A stretch of 53,700 bases of DNA from NCBI GenBank assembly GCA_002189035.1, contig NEEC01000300.1:1-53700 (forward strand), in the 5' to 3' direction. This DNA comes from Utricularia gibba (taxonomy: Eukaryota > Plantae > Magnoliophyta). This document shows positions 39,605 to 53,000 of the stretch, piece after piece. Positions within the stretch are counted from its first letter, which is position 1, and each line of letters starts with the position of its first letter. The notes beneath the pieces are model-generated. The model made no database searches. It was not told the DNA's origin and saw only the letters and a list, made by a program, of their open reading frames with translations. The position numbers were made by a program, and so were the translations under genes.

Positions 39605-42600
39605 GTGCACGTGATATCGCAATTTAAACAAATGCAACATTGTATTCATCGATTTGCATCCTTTTGTCCTCATGAGCCATAAAGAATCGCGGGCCCGGAC
39701 CAAGTTCCTAGCGAGACTGGCCGCCACAAAACGAGAAGCTGTTCCTTGAAAAACCATGTAGGCAACACCGAAAACCGAACGTTAATAAATACATCACTTT
39801 CTTTGCCGGGCTACAACTTACTTTGGGCCAAGGCCTAAGCTGATCTTTTTCCGGTTCCAAGTGCACCCAAAGACCGCCTTCTCAAGTATAAAGTAAGTTG
39901 TTGAAAAAATCATGTGGGGTGCACGTGACATCGTAATTTAAACAAATGGATCATTTTTTTTAATCGATTTGCATCCAGTTGACCTCATGAGCCATACAGA
40001 ATCGGGGTCAAGGACCAAGTTCCCAGCGAGACTGGCCGCCACAAAACGAGAAGCGGTTCCTTGAAAAACCATGTAGGCAGCCCCCGAAAACCGAACGATA
40101 ATAAATACATCACTTTATTTGCCGGACTACAACTAACTCTCGTGCAAGCCAAACCTTACCTTTCCGTTCCAGGTGCACCCAAAGACCGCCTGCTCAAGTA
40201 TAAAGTAAGTTGTTGAAAAAATCATGTGGGGTGCACGTGATATCGCAATTTAAACAATGCAACATTGTATTCATCGATTTGCATCCTTTTGTCCTCATGA
40301 GCCATAAAGAATCGCGGGCCCGGACCAAGTTCCTAGCGAGACTGGCCGCCACAAAACGAGAAGCTGTTCCTTGAAAAACCATGTAGGCAACACCGAAAAC
40401 CGAACGTTAATAAATACATCACTTTCTTTGCCGGGCTACAACTTACTTTGGGCCAAGGCCTAAGCTGATCTTTTTCCGGTTCCAAGTGCCCCAAAGACCG
40501 CCTTCTCAGTATAAAGTAAGTTGTTGAAAAAATCATGTGGGGTGCACGTGACATCGTAATTTAAACAAATGGATCATTTTTTTAATCGATTTGCATCCAG
40601 TTGACCTCATGAGCCATACAGAATCGGGGTCAAGGACCAAGTTCCCAGCGAGACTGGCCGCCACAAAACGAGAAGCGGTTCCTTGAAAAACCATGTAGGC
40701 AGCCCCCGAAAACCGAACGATAATAAATACATCACTTTATTTGCCGGACTACAACTAACTCTCGTGCAAGCCAAACCTTACCTTTGTCCCGTTCCAGGTG
40801 CACCCAAAGACCGCCTGCTCAAGTATAAAGTAAGTTGTTGAAAAAATCATGTGGGGTGCACGTGATATCGCAATTTAAACAAATGCAACATTGTATTCAT
40901 CGATTTGCATCCTTTTGTCCTCATGAGCCATAAAGAATCGCGGGCCCGGACCAAGTTCCTAGCGAGACTGGCCGCCACAAAACGAGAAGCTGTTCCTTGA
41001 AAAACCATGTAGGCAACACGAAAACCGAACGTTAATAAATACATCACTTTCTTTGCCGGGCTACAACTTACTTTGGGCCAAGGCCTAAGCTGATCTTTTT
41101 CCGGTTCCAAGTGCACCCAAAGACCGCCTTCTCAAGTATAAAGTAAGTTGTTGAAAAAATCATGTGGGGTGCACGTGACATCATAATTTAAACAAATGGA
41201 TCATTTTTTTTAATCGATTTGCATCCAGTTGACCTCATGAGCCATACAGAATCGGGGTCAAGGACCAAGTTCCCAGCGAGACTGGCCGCCACAAAACGAG
41301 AAGCGTTTCCTTGAAAAACCATGTAGGCAGCCCCCGAAAACCGAACGATAATAAATACATCACTTTATTTGCCGGACTACAACTAACTCTCGTGCAAGCC
41401 AAACCTTACCTTTGTCCGTTCCAGGTGCACCCAAAGACCGCCTGCTCAAGTATAAAGTAAGTTGTTGAAAAAATCATGTGGGGTGCACGTGATATCGCAA
41501 TTTAAACAAATGCAACATTGTATTCATCGATTTGCATCCTTTTGTCCTCATGAGCCATAAAGAATCGGGCCCGGACCAAGTTCCTAGCGAGACTGGCCGC
41601 CACAAAACGAGAAGCTGTTCCTTGAAAAACCATGTAGGCAACACCGAAAACCGAACGTTAATAAATACATCACTTTCTTTGCCGGGCTACAACTTACTTT
41701 GGGCCAAGCCTAAGCTGACCTTTTTCCGGTTCCAAGTGCCCCAAGACCGCCTCCTCATGTATAAAGTAAGTTGTTAAAAAAATCATGTGGGGTGCACGTG
41801 ACATCGTAATTTAAACAAATGCATCATTTTTTTTCGATTTGCATCCAGTTGACCTCATGAGCCATAAGAATCGGGGTCAAGGACCAAGTTCCCAGCGAGA
41901 CTGGCCGCCACAAAACGAGAAGCGTTCCTTGAAAAACCATGTAGGCAACCCCGAAAACCGAACGTTAATAAATACATCACTTTCTTTGCCGGGCTACAAC
42001 TTACTTTGGGCCAAGCCTAAGCTGATCTTTTTCCGGTTCCAGTGCACCCAAAGACCGCCTTTCAAGTATAAAGTAAGTTGTTGAAAAAATCATGTGGGGT
42101 GCACGTGACATCGTAATTTAAACAAATGCATCATTTTTTTATCGATTTGCATCCAGTTGACCTCATGAGCCATACAGAATCGGGGCAAGGACCAAGTTCC
42201 CAGCGACTGGCCGCCACAAAACGAGAAGCGGTTCCTTGAAAAACCATGTAGGCAGCCCCCGAAAACCGAACGATAATAAATACATCACTTTATTTGCCGG
42301 ACTACAACTAACTCTCGGCAAGCCAAACCTTACCTTTGTCCCGTTCCAGTGCACCCAAAGACCGCCTCTCAAGTATAAAGTAAGTTGTTGAAAAAATCAT
42401 GTGGGGTGCACGTGATATCGCAATTTAAACAAATGCAACATTGTATTCATCGATTTGCATCCTTTTGTCCTCATGAGCCATAAAGAATCGCGGGCCCGGA
42501 CCAAGTTCCTAGCGAGACTGGCCGCCACAAAACGAGAAGCTGTTCCTTGAAAAACCATGTAGGCAACACCGAAAACCGAACGTTAATAAATACATCACTT

Positions 42601-45600
42601 TCTTTGCCGGGCTACAACTTACTTTGGGCCAAGGCCTAAGCTGATCTTTTTCCGGTTCCAAGTGCACCCAAAGACCGCCTCTCAAGTATAAAGTATTGTT
42701 GAAAAAATCATGTGGGGTGCACGTGACATCGTAATTTAAACAAATGCATCATTTTTTTTAATCGATTTGCATCCAGTTGACCTCATGAGCCATACAGAAT
42801 CGGGGTCAAGGACCAGTTCCCAGCGAGACTGGCCGCCACAAAACGAGAAGCGGTTCCTTGAAAAACCATGTAGGCAGCCCCGAAAACCGAACGATAATAA
42901 ATACATCACTTTATTTGCCGGACTACAACTAACTCTCGTGCAAGCCAAACCTTACCTTTGTCCCGTTCCAGGTGCACCCAAAGACCGCCTGCTCAAGTAT
43001 AAAGTAAGTTGTTGAAAAAATCATGTGGGGTGCACGTGATATCGCAATTTAAACAATGCAACATTGTATTCATCGATTTGCATCCTTTTGTCCTCATGAG
43101 CCATAAAGAATCGCGGCCCGGACCAAGTTCCTAGCGAGACTGGCCGCCACAAAACGAGAAGCTGTTCCTTGAAAAACCATGTAGGCAACACCGAAAACCG
43201 AACGTTAATAAATACATCACTTTCTTTGCCGGGCAAACTTACTTTGGGCCAAGGCCTAAGCTGATCTTTTTCCGGTTCCAAGTGCACCCAAAGACCGCCT
43301 TCTCAAGTATAAAGTAAGTTGTTGAAAAAATCATGTGGGGTGCACGTGACATCATAATTTAAACAAATGGATCATTTTTTTAATCGATTTGCATCCAGTT
43401 GACCTCATGAGCCATACAGAATCGGGGTCAAGGACCAAGTTCCCAGCGAGACTGGCCGCCACAAAACGAGAAGCGGTTCCTTGAAAAACCATGTAGGCAG
43501 CCCCCGAAAACCGAACGATAATAAATACATCACTTTATTTGCCGGACTACAACTAACTCTCGGCAAGCCAAACCTTACCTTTGTCCCGTTCCAGTGCACC
43601 CAAAGACCGCCTGCTCAAGTATAAAGTAAGTTGTTGAAAAAATCATGTGGGGTGCACGTGATATCGCAATTTAAACAAATGCAACATTGTATTCATCGAT
43701 TTGCATCCTTTTGTCCTCATGAGCCATAAAGAATCGCGGGCCCGGACCAAGTTCCTAGCGAGACTGGCCGCCACAAAACGAGAAGCTGTTCCTTGAAAAA
43801 CCATGTAGGCAACACCGAAAACCGAACGTTAATAAATACATCACTTTCTTTGCCGGCTACAACTTACTTTGGGCCAAGGCCTAAGCTGACCTTTTTCCGG
43901 TTCCAAGTGCCCCCAAGACCGCCTCTCAAGTATAAAGTAAGTTGTTAAAAAATCATGTGGGTGCACGTGACATCATAATTTAAACAAATGCATCATTTTT
44001 TTAATCGATTTGCATCCAGTTGACCTCATGAGCCATACAGAATCGGGGTCAAGGACCAAGTTCCGCGAGACTGGCCGCCACAAAACGAGAAGCTGTTCCT
44101 TGAAAAACCATGTAGGCAACACCGAAAACCGAACGTTAATAAATACATCACTTTCTTTGCCGGGCTACAACTTACTTTGGGCAAGGCCTAAGCTGACTTT
44201 TTCCGGTTCCAAGTGCCCCCAAGACCGCCTCTCAAGTATAAAGTAAGTTGTTGAAAAAATCATGTGGGGTGCACGTGACATCGTAATTTAAACAAATGCA
44301 TCATTTTTTTTAATCGATTTGCATCCAGTTGACCTCATGAGCCATACAGAATCGGGTCAAGGACCAAGTTCCCAGCGAGACTGGCCGCCACAAAACGAGA
44401 AGCGTTCCTTGAAAAACCATGTAGGCAGCCCGAAAACCGAACGATAATAAATACATCACTTTATTTGCCGGACTACAACTAACTCTCGGGCAAGCCAAAC
44501 CTTACCTTTGTCCCGTTCCAGGTGCACCCAAAGACCGCCTGCTCAAGTATAAAGTAAGTTGTTGAAAAAATCATGTGGGGTGCACGTGATATCGCAATTT
44601 AAACAAATGCAACATTGTATTCATCGATTTGCATCCTTTTGTCCTCATGAGCCATAAAGAATCGCGGGCCCGGACCAAGTTCCTAGCGAGACTGGCCGCC
44701 ACAAAACGAGAAGCTGTTCCTTGAAAAACCATGTAGGCAACACCGAAAACCGAACGTTAATAAATACATCACTTTCTTTGCCGGGCTACAACTTACTTTG
44801 GGCCAAGGCCTAAGCTGATCTTTTTCCGGTTCCAAGTGCACCCAAAGACCGCCTTCTCAAGTATAAAGTAAGTTGTTGAAAAAATCATGTGGGTGCACGT
44901 GACATCATAATTTAAACAAATGGATCATTTTTTTTTCGATTTGCATTTGACCTCATGAGCCATACAGAATCGGGGTCAAGGACCAAGTTCCCAGCGAGAC
45001 TGGCCGCCACAAAACGAGAAGCGGTTCCTTGAAAAACCATGTAGGCAGCCCCCGAAAACCGAACGATAATAAATACATCACTTTATTTGCCGGACTACAA
45101 CTAACTTCGGGCAAGCCAAACCTTACCTTTGTCCCGTTCCAGGTGCACCCAAAGACCGCCTGCTCAAGTATAAAGTAAGTTGTTGAAAAAATCATGTGGG
45201 GTGCACGTGATATCGCAATTTAAACAAATGCAACATTGTATTCATCGATTTGCATCCTTTTGTCCTCATGAGCCATAAAGAATCGCGGGCCCGCCGCCAC
45301 AAAACGAGAAGCTGTTCCTTGAAAAACCATGTAGGCAACACCGAAAACCGAACGTTAATAAATACATCACTTTCTTTGCCGGGCTACAACTTTTGGGCCA
45401 AGGCCTAAGCTGATCTTTTTCCGGTTCCAAGTGCACCCAAAGACCGCCTTCTCAAGTATAAAGTAAGTTGTTGAAAAAATCATGTGGGGTGCACGTGACA
45501 TCATAATTTAAACAAATGCATCATTTTTTTTAATCGATTTGCATCCAGTTGACCTCATGAGCCATACAGAATCGGGGTCAAGGACCAAGTTCCCAGCGAG

Positions 45601-48600
45601 ACTGGCCGCCACAAAACGAGAAGCGGTTCCTTGAAAAACCATGTAGGCAGCCCCGAAAACCGAACGATAATAAATACATCACTTTATTTGCCGGACTACA
45701 ACTACTTTGCAAGCCAAACCTTACCTTTGTCCGTTCCAGGTGCACCCAAAGACCGCCTGCTCAAGTATAAAGTAAGTTGTTGAAAAAATCATGTGGGGTG
45801 CACGTGATATCGCAATTTAAACAAATGCAACATTGTATTCATCGATTTGCATCCTTTTGTCCTCATGAGCCATAAAGAATCGCGGGCCACCAAGTTCCTA
45901 GCGAGACTGGCCGCCACAAAACGAGAAGCTGTTCCTTGAAAAACCATGTAGGCAACACCGAAAACCGAACGTTAATAAATACATCACTTTCTTTGCCGGG
46001 CTACAACTTACTTTGGGCCAAGGCCTAAGCTGATCTTTTTCCGGTTCCAAGTGCCCCCCAAAGACCGCCTTCTCAAGTATAAAGTAAGTTGTTGAAAAAA
46101 ATCATGTGGGGTGCACGTGACATCATAATTTAAACAAATGGATCATTTTTTTTAATCGATTTGCATCCAGTTGACCTCATGAGCCATACAGAATCGGGGT
46201 CAAGGACCAAGTTCCCAGCGAGACTGGCCGCCACAAAACGAGAAGCGGTTCCTTGAAAAACCATGTAGGCAGCCCCCGAAAACCGAACGATAATAATACA
46301 TCACTTTATTTGCCGGACTACAACTAACTCTCGGCAAGCCAAACCTTACCTTTGTCCCGTTCCAGGTGCACCCAAAGACCGCCTGCTCAAGTATAAAGTA
46401 AGTTGTTGAAAAAATCATGTGGGGTGCACGTGATATCGCAATTTAAACAAATGCAACATTGTATTCATCGATTTGCATCCTTTTGTCCTCATGAGCCATA
46501 AAGAATCGCGGGCCCGGACCAAGTTCCTAGCGAGACTGGCCGCCACAAAACGAGAAGCTGTTCCTTGAAAAACCATGTAGGCAGAAAACCGAACGTTAAT
46601 AAATACATCACTTTCTTTGCCGGGCTACAACTTACTTTGGGCCAAGGCCTAAGCTGATCTTTTTCCGGTTCCAAGTGCCCCCCAAGACCGCCTCCTCAAG
46701 TATAAAGTAAGTTGTTAAAAAAATCATGTGGGGTGCACGTGACATCATAATTTAAACAAATGGATCATTTTTTTTAATCGATTTGCATCCAGTTGACCTC
46801 ATGAGCCATACAGAATCGGGGTCAAGGACCAAGTTCCCAGCGAGACTGGCCGCCACAAAACGAGAAGCGGTTCCTTGAAAAACCATGTAGGCCCCGAAAA
46901 CCGAACGATAATAAATACATCACTTTATTTGCCGGACTACAACTAACTCTCGGTGCAAGCCAAACCTTACCTTTGTCCCGTTCCAGGTGCACCCAAAGAC
47001 CGCCTGCTCAAGTATAAAGTAAGTTGTTGAAAAAATCATGTGGGTGCACGTGATATCGCAATTTAAACAAATGCAACATTGTATTCATCGATTTGCATCC
47101 TTTTGTCCTCATGAGCCATAAAGAATCGCGGGCCCGGACCAAGTTCCTAGCGAGACTGGCCGCCACAAACGAGAAGCTGTTCCTTGAAAAACCATGTAGG
47201 CAACACCGAAAACCGAACGTTAATACTTTCTTTGCCGGGCTACACTTTGGGCCAAGGCCTAAGCTGATCTTTTTCCGGTTCCACCCAAAGACCGCCTTCT
47301 CAAGTATAAAGTAAGTTGTTGAAAAAATCATGTGGGGTGCACGTGACATCATAATTTAAACAAATGGATCATTTTTTTTTAATCGATTTGCATACAGACG
47401 GGGTCAAGACCAAAGCGAGACTGGCCGCCAAAACGAGAAGCGGTTCCTTGAAAAACCATGTAGGCAGCCCCGAAAACCGAACGATAATAAATACATCACT
47501 TTATTTGCCGGACTACAACTAACTCTCGTGCAAGCCAAACCTTACTTTGTCCCGTTCCAGGTGCACCCAAAGACCGCCTGCTCAAGTATAAAGTAAGTTG
47601 TTGAAAAAATCATGTGGGGTGCACGTGATATCGCAATTTAAACAAATGCAACATTGTATTCATCGATTTGCATCCTTTTGTCCTCATGAGCCATAAAGAA
47701 TCGCGGGCCCGGACCAAGTTCCTAGCGAGACTGGCCGCCACAAAACGAGAAGCTGTTCCTTGAAAAACCATGTAGGCAACACCGAAAACCGAACGTTAAT
47801 AAATACATCACTTTCTTTGCCGGGCTACAACTTAAGGCCTAAGCTGACCTTTTTCCGGTTCCAAGTGCCCCCCAAGACCGCCTCTCAAGTATAAAGTATG
47901 TTGTTAAAAAATCATGTGGGGTTGAATCATAATTTAAACAAATGCATCATTTTTTTTCGATTTGCATCCCCTCATGAAGAATCGGGGGGACCAAGTTCCC
48001 AGCGAGACTGGCCGCCACAAAACGAGAAGCGTTCCTTGAAAAACCATGTAGGCAACACCGAAAACCGAACGTAATAAATACATCACTTTCTTTGCCGGGC
48101 TACAACTTACTTTGGGCCAAGGCCTAAGCTGATCTTTTTCCGGTTCCAAGTGCCCCCAAGACCGCCTTCAAGTATAAAGTAAGTTGTTAAAAAAATCATG
48201 TGGGGTGCACGTGACATCGTAATTTAAACAAATGCATCATTTTTTTCGATTTGCATCCAGTTGACCTCATGAGCCATACAGAATCGGGGTCAAGGACCAA
48301 GTTCCCAGCGAGACTGGCCGCCACAAAACGAGAAGCGGTTCCTCCGAAAACCGAACGATAATAATACATCACTTTATTTGCCGACTACAACTAACTCTCG
48401 GCAAGCCAAACCTTACCTTTGTCCGTTCCAGGTGCACCCAAAGACCGCCTCTCAAGTATAAAGTAAGTTGTTGAAAAAATCATGTGGGGTGCACGTGATA
48501 TCGCAATTTAAACAAATGCAACATTGTATTCATCGATTTGCATCCTTTTGTCCTCATGAGCCATAAAGAATCGCGGGGACCAAGTTCCTAGCGAGACTGG

Positions 48601-50001
48601 CCGCCACAAAACGAGAAGCTGTTCCTTGAAAAACCATGTAGGCAACACCGAAAACCGAACGTTAATAAATACATCACTTTCTTTGCCGGGCTACAACTTA
48701 CTTTGGGCCAAGGCCTAAGCTGATCTTTTTCCGGTTCCAAGTGCACCCAAGACCGCCTCTCAAGTATAAAGTAAGTTGTTGAAAAAATCATGTGGGGTGC
48801 ACGTGACATCATAATTTAAACAAATGCATCATTTTTTTTAATCGATTTGCATCCAGTTGACCTCATGAGCCATACAGGGTCAAGGACCAAGTTCCCAGCG
48901 AGACTGGCCACAAAACGAGAAGCGGTTCCTTGAAAAACCATGTAGGCAGCCCGAAAACCGAACGATAATAAATACATCACTTTATTTGCCGGACTACAAC
49001 TAACTCGGGCAAGCCAAACCTTACCTTTGTCCCGTTCCAGGTGCACCCAAAGACCGCCTCTCAAGTATAAAGTAAGTTGTTGAAAAAATCATGTGGGGTG
49101 CACGTGATATCGCAATTTAAACAAATGCAATTGTATTCATCGATTTGCATCCTTTTGTCCTCATGAGCCATAAAGAATCGCGGGCCCGGACCAAGTTCCT
49201 AGCGAGACTGGCCGCCACAAAACGAGAAGCTGTTCCTTGAAAAACCATGTAGGCAACACGAAAAAACCGAACGTTAATAAATACATCACTTTCTTTGCCG
49301 GGCTACAAACTTACTTTGGGCCAAGGCCTAAGCTGATCTTTTTCCGGTTCCAAGTGCACCCAAAGACCGCCTTCTCAAGTATAAAGTAAGTTGTTGAAAA
49401 ATCATGTGGGGTGCACGTGACATCATAATTTAAACAAATGCATCATTTTTTTTTTCGATTTGCATCCAGTTGAGCCATACAGAATCGGGGTCAAGGACCA
49501 AGTTCCCAGCGAGACTGGCCGCCACAAAACGAGAAGCGGTTCCTTGAAAAACCATGTAGGCAGCCCCGAAAACCGAACGATAATAATACATCACTTTATT
49601 TGCCGGACTACAACTAACTTCGCCTTTGTCCCGTTCCAGGTGCACCCAAAGACCGCCTCTCAAGTATAAAGTAAGTTGTTGAAAAAATCATGTGGGGTGC
49701 ACGTGATATCGCAATTTAAACAAATGCAACATATTCATCGATTTGCATCCTTTTGTCCTCATGAGCCATAAAGAATCGCGGGCCCGGACCAAGTTCCTAG
49801 CGAGACTGGCCGCCACAAAACGAGAAGCTGTTCCTTGAAAAACCATGTAGGCAACACCGAAAACCGAACGTTAATAAATACATCACTTTCTTTGCCGGGC
49901 TACAACTTACTTTGGGCCAAGGCCTAAGCTGATCTTTTTCCGGTTCCAAGTGCACCCAAAGACCGCCTTTCAAGTATGTAAGTTGTAAAAAATCATGTGG
50001 G

Positions 50002-53000
50002 GTGCACGTGACATCATAATTTAAACAAATGCATTTTTTTTTAATCGATTTGCATCCAGTTGACCTCATGAGCCATACAGAATCGGGGTCAAGGACCAAG
50101 TTCCCAGCGAGACTGGCCGCCACAAAACGAGAAGCGGTTCCTTGAAAAACCATGTAGGCAGCCCCCGAAAACCGAACGATAATAAATACATCACTTTATT
50201 TGCCGGACTACAACTAACTCTCGGCAAGCCAAACTTACCTTTGTCCCGTTCCAGTGCACCCAAAGACCGCCTGCTCAAGTATAAAGTAAGTTGTTGAAAA
50301 AATCATGTGGGGTGCACGTGATATCGCAATTTAAACAAATGCAACATTGTATTCATCGATTTGCATCCTTTGTCCTCATGAGCCATAAAGAATCGCGGGC
50401 CCGGACCAAGTTCCTAGCGAGACTGGCCGCCACAAACGAGAAGCTGTTCCTTGAAAAACCATGTAGGCAACACCGAAAACCGAACGTTAATAAATACATC
50501 ACTTTCTTTGCCGGGCTACAACTTACTTTGGGCCAAGGCCTAAGCTGATCTTTTTCCGGTTCCAAGTGCACCCAAAGACCGCCTTCTCAAGTATAAAGTA
50601 AGTTGTTGAAAAAATCATGTGGGTGCACGTGACATCATAATTTAAACAAATGGATCATTTTTTTTAATCGATTTGCATCCAGTTGACCTCATGAGCCATA
50701 CAGAATCGGGGTCAAGGACCAAGTTCCCAGCGAGACTGGCCGCCACAAAACGAGAAGCGGTTCCTTGAAAAACCATGTAGGCAGCCCCGAAAACCGAACG
50801 ATAATAAATACATCACTTTATTTGCCGGACTACAACTAACTTCGGCAAGCCAAACCTTACTTTGTCCGTTCCAGGTGCACCCAAAGACCGCCTCTCAAGT
50901 ATAAAGTAAGTTGTTGAAAAAATCATGTGGGGTGCACGTGATATCGCAATTTAAACAAATGCAACATTGTATTCATCGATTTGCATCCTTTTGTCCTCAT
51001 GAGCCATAAAGAATCGCGGGCCCGGACCAAGTTCCTAGCGAGACTGGCCGCCACAAAACGAGAAGCTGTTCCTTGAAAAACCATGTAGGCAACACCGAAA
51101 ACCGAACGTTAATAAATACATCACTTTCTTGCCGGGCTACAACTTACTTTGGGCCAAGGCCTAAGCTGATCTTTTTCCGGTTCCAAGTGCACCCAAAGAC
51201 CGCCTTCTCAAGTATAAAGTAAGTTGTTGAAAAAATCATGTGGGGTGCACGTGACATCATAATTTAAACAAATGGATCATTTTTTTTAATCGATTTGCAT
51301 CCAGTTGACCTCATGAGCCATACAGAATCGGGGTCAAGGACCAAGTTCCCAGCGAGACTGGCCGCCACAAAACGAGAAGCGGTTCCTTGAAAAACCATGT
51401 AGGCAGCCCCCGAAAACCGAACGATAATAAATACATCACTTTATTTGCCGGACTACAACTAACTTATGCAAGCCAAACCTTACCTTTGTCCCGTTCCAGG
51501 TGCACCCAAAGACCGCCTGCTCAAGTATAAAGTAAGTTGTTGAAAAAATCATGTGGGGTGCACGTGATATCGCAATTTAAACAAATGCAACATTGTATTC
51601 ATCGATTTGCATCCTTTTGTCCTCATGAGCCATAAAGAATCGCGGGCCCGGACCAAGTTCCTAGCGAGACTGGCCGCCACAAAACGAGAAGCTGTTCCTT
51701 GAAAAACCATGTAGGCAACACCGAAAACCGAACGTTAATAAATACATCACTTTCTTTGCCGGGCTACAACTTACTTTGGGCCAAGGCCTAAGCTGATCTT
51801 TTTCCGGTTCCAAGTGCACCCAAAGACCGCCTTCTCAAGTATAAAGTAAGTTGTTGAAAAAATCATGTGGGGTGCACGTGACATCATAATTTAAACAAAT
51901 GGATCATTTTTTTTATCGATTTGCATCCAGTTGACCTCATGAGCCATACAGAATCGGGGTCAAGGACCAAGTTCCCAGCGAGACTGGCCGCACAAAACGA
52001 GAAGCGGTTCCTTGAAAAACCATGTAGGCAGCCCCGAAAACCGAACGATAATAAATACATCACTTTATTTGCCGGACTACAACTAACTCTCGGTGCAAGC
52101 CAAACCTTACCTTTGTCCCGTTCCAGGTGCACCCAAAGACCGCCTGCTCAAGTATAAAGTAAGTTGTTGAAAAAATCATGTGGGGTGCACGTGATATCGC
52201 AATTTAAACAAATGCAACATTGTATTCATCGATTTGCATCCTTTTGTCCTCATGAGCCATAAAGAATCGCGGGCCCGGACCAAGTTCCTAGCGAGACTGG
52301 CCGCCACAAAACGAGAAGCTGTTCCTTGAAAAACCATGTAGGCAACACCGAAAACCGAACGTTAATAAATACATCACTTTCTTTGCCGGGCTACAACTTA
52401 CTTTGGGCCAAGGCCTAAGCTGATCTTTTTTCCGGTTCCAAGTGCACCCAAAGACCGCCTTCTCAATATAAAGTAAGTTGTTGAAAAAATCATGTGGGGT
52501 GCACGTGACATCAATTTAAACAAATGGATCATTTTTTTAATCGATTTGCATCCAGTTGACCTCATGAGCCATACAGAATCGGGGTCAAGGACCAAGTTCC
52601 AGCGAGACTGGCCGCCACAAAACGAGAAGCGGTTCCTTGAAAAACCATGTAGGCAGCCCCCGAAAACCGAACGATAATAAATACATCACTTTATTTGCCG
52701 GACTACAACTAACTCTCGGTGCAAGCCAAACCTTACCTTTGTCCCGTTCCAGGTGCACCCAAAGACCGCCTGCTCAAGTATAAAGTAAGTTGTTGAAAAA
52801 ATCATGTGGGGTGCACGTGATATCGCAATTTAAACAAATGCAACATTGTATTCATCGATTTGCATCCTTTTGTCCTCATGAGCCATAAAGAATCGCGGGC
52901 CCGGACCAAGTTCCTAGCGAGACTGGCCGCCACAAAACGAGAAGCTGTTCCTTGAAAAACCATGTAGGCAACACCGAAAACCGAACGTTAATAAATACAT

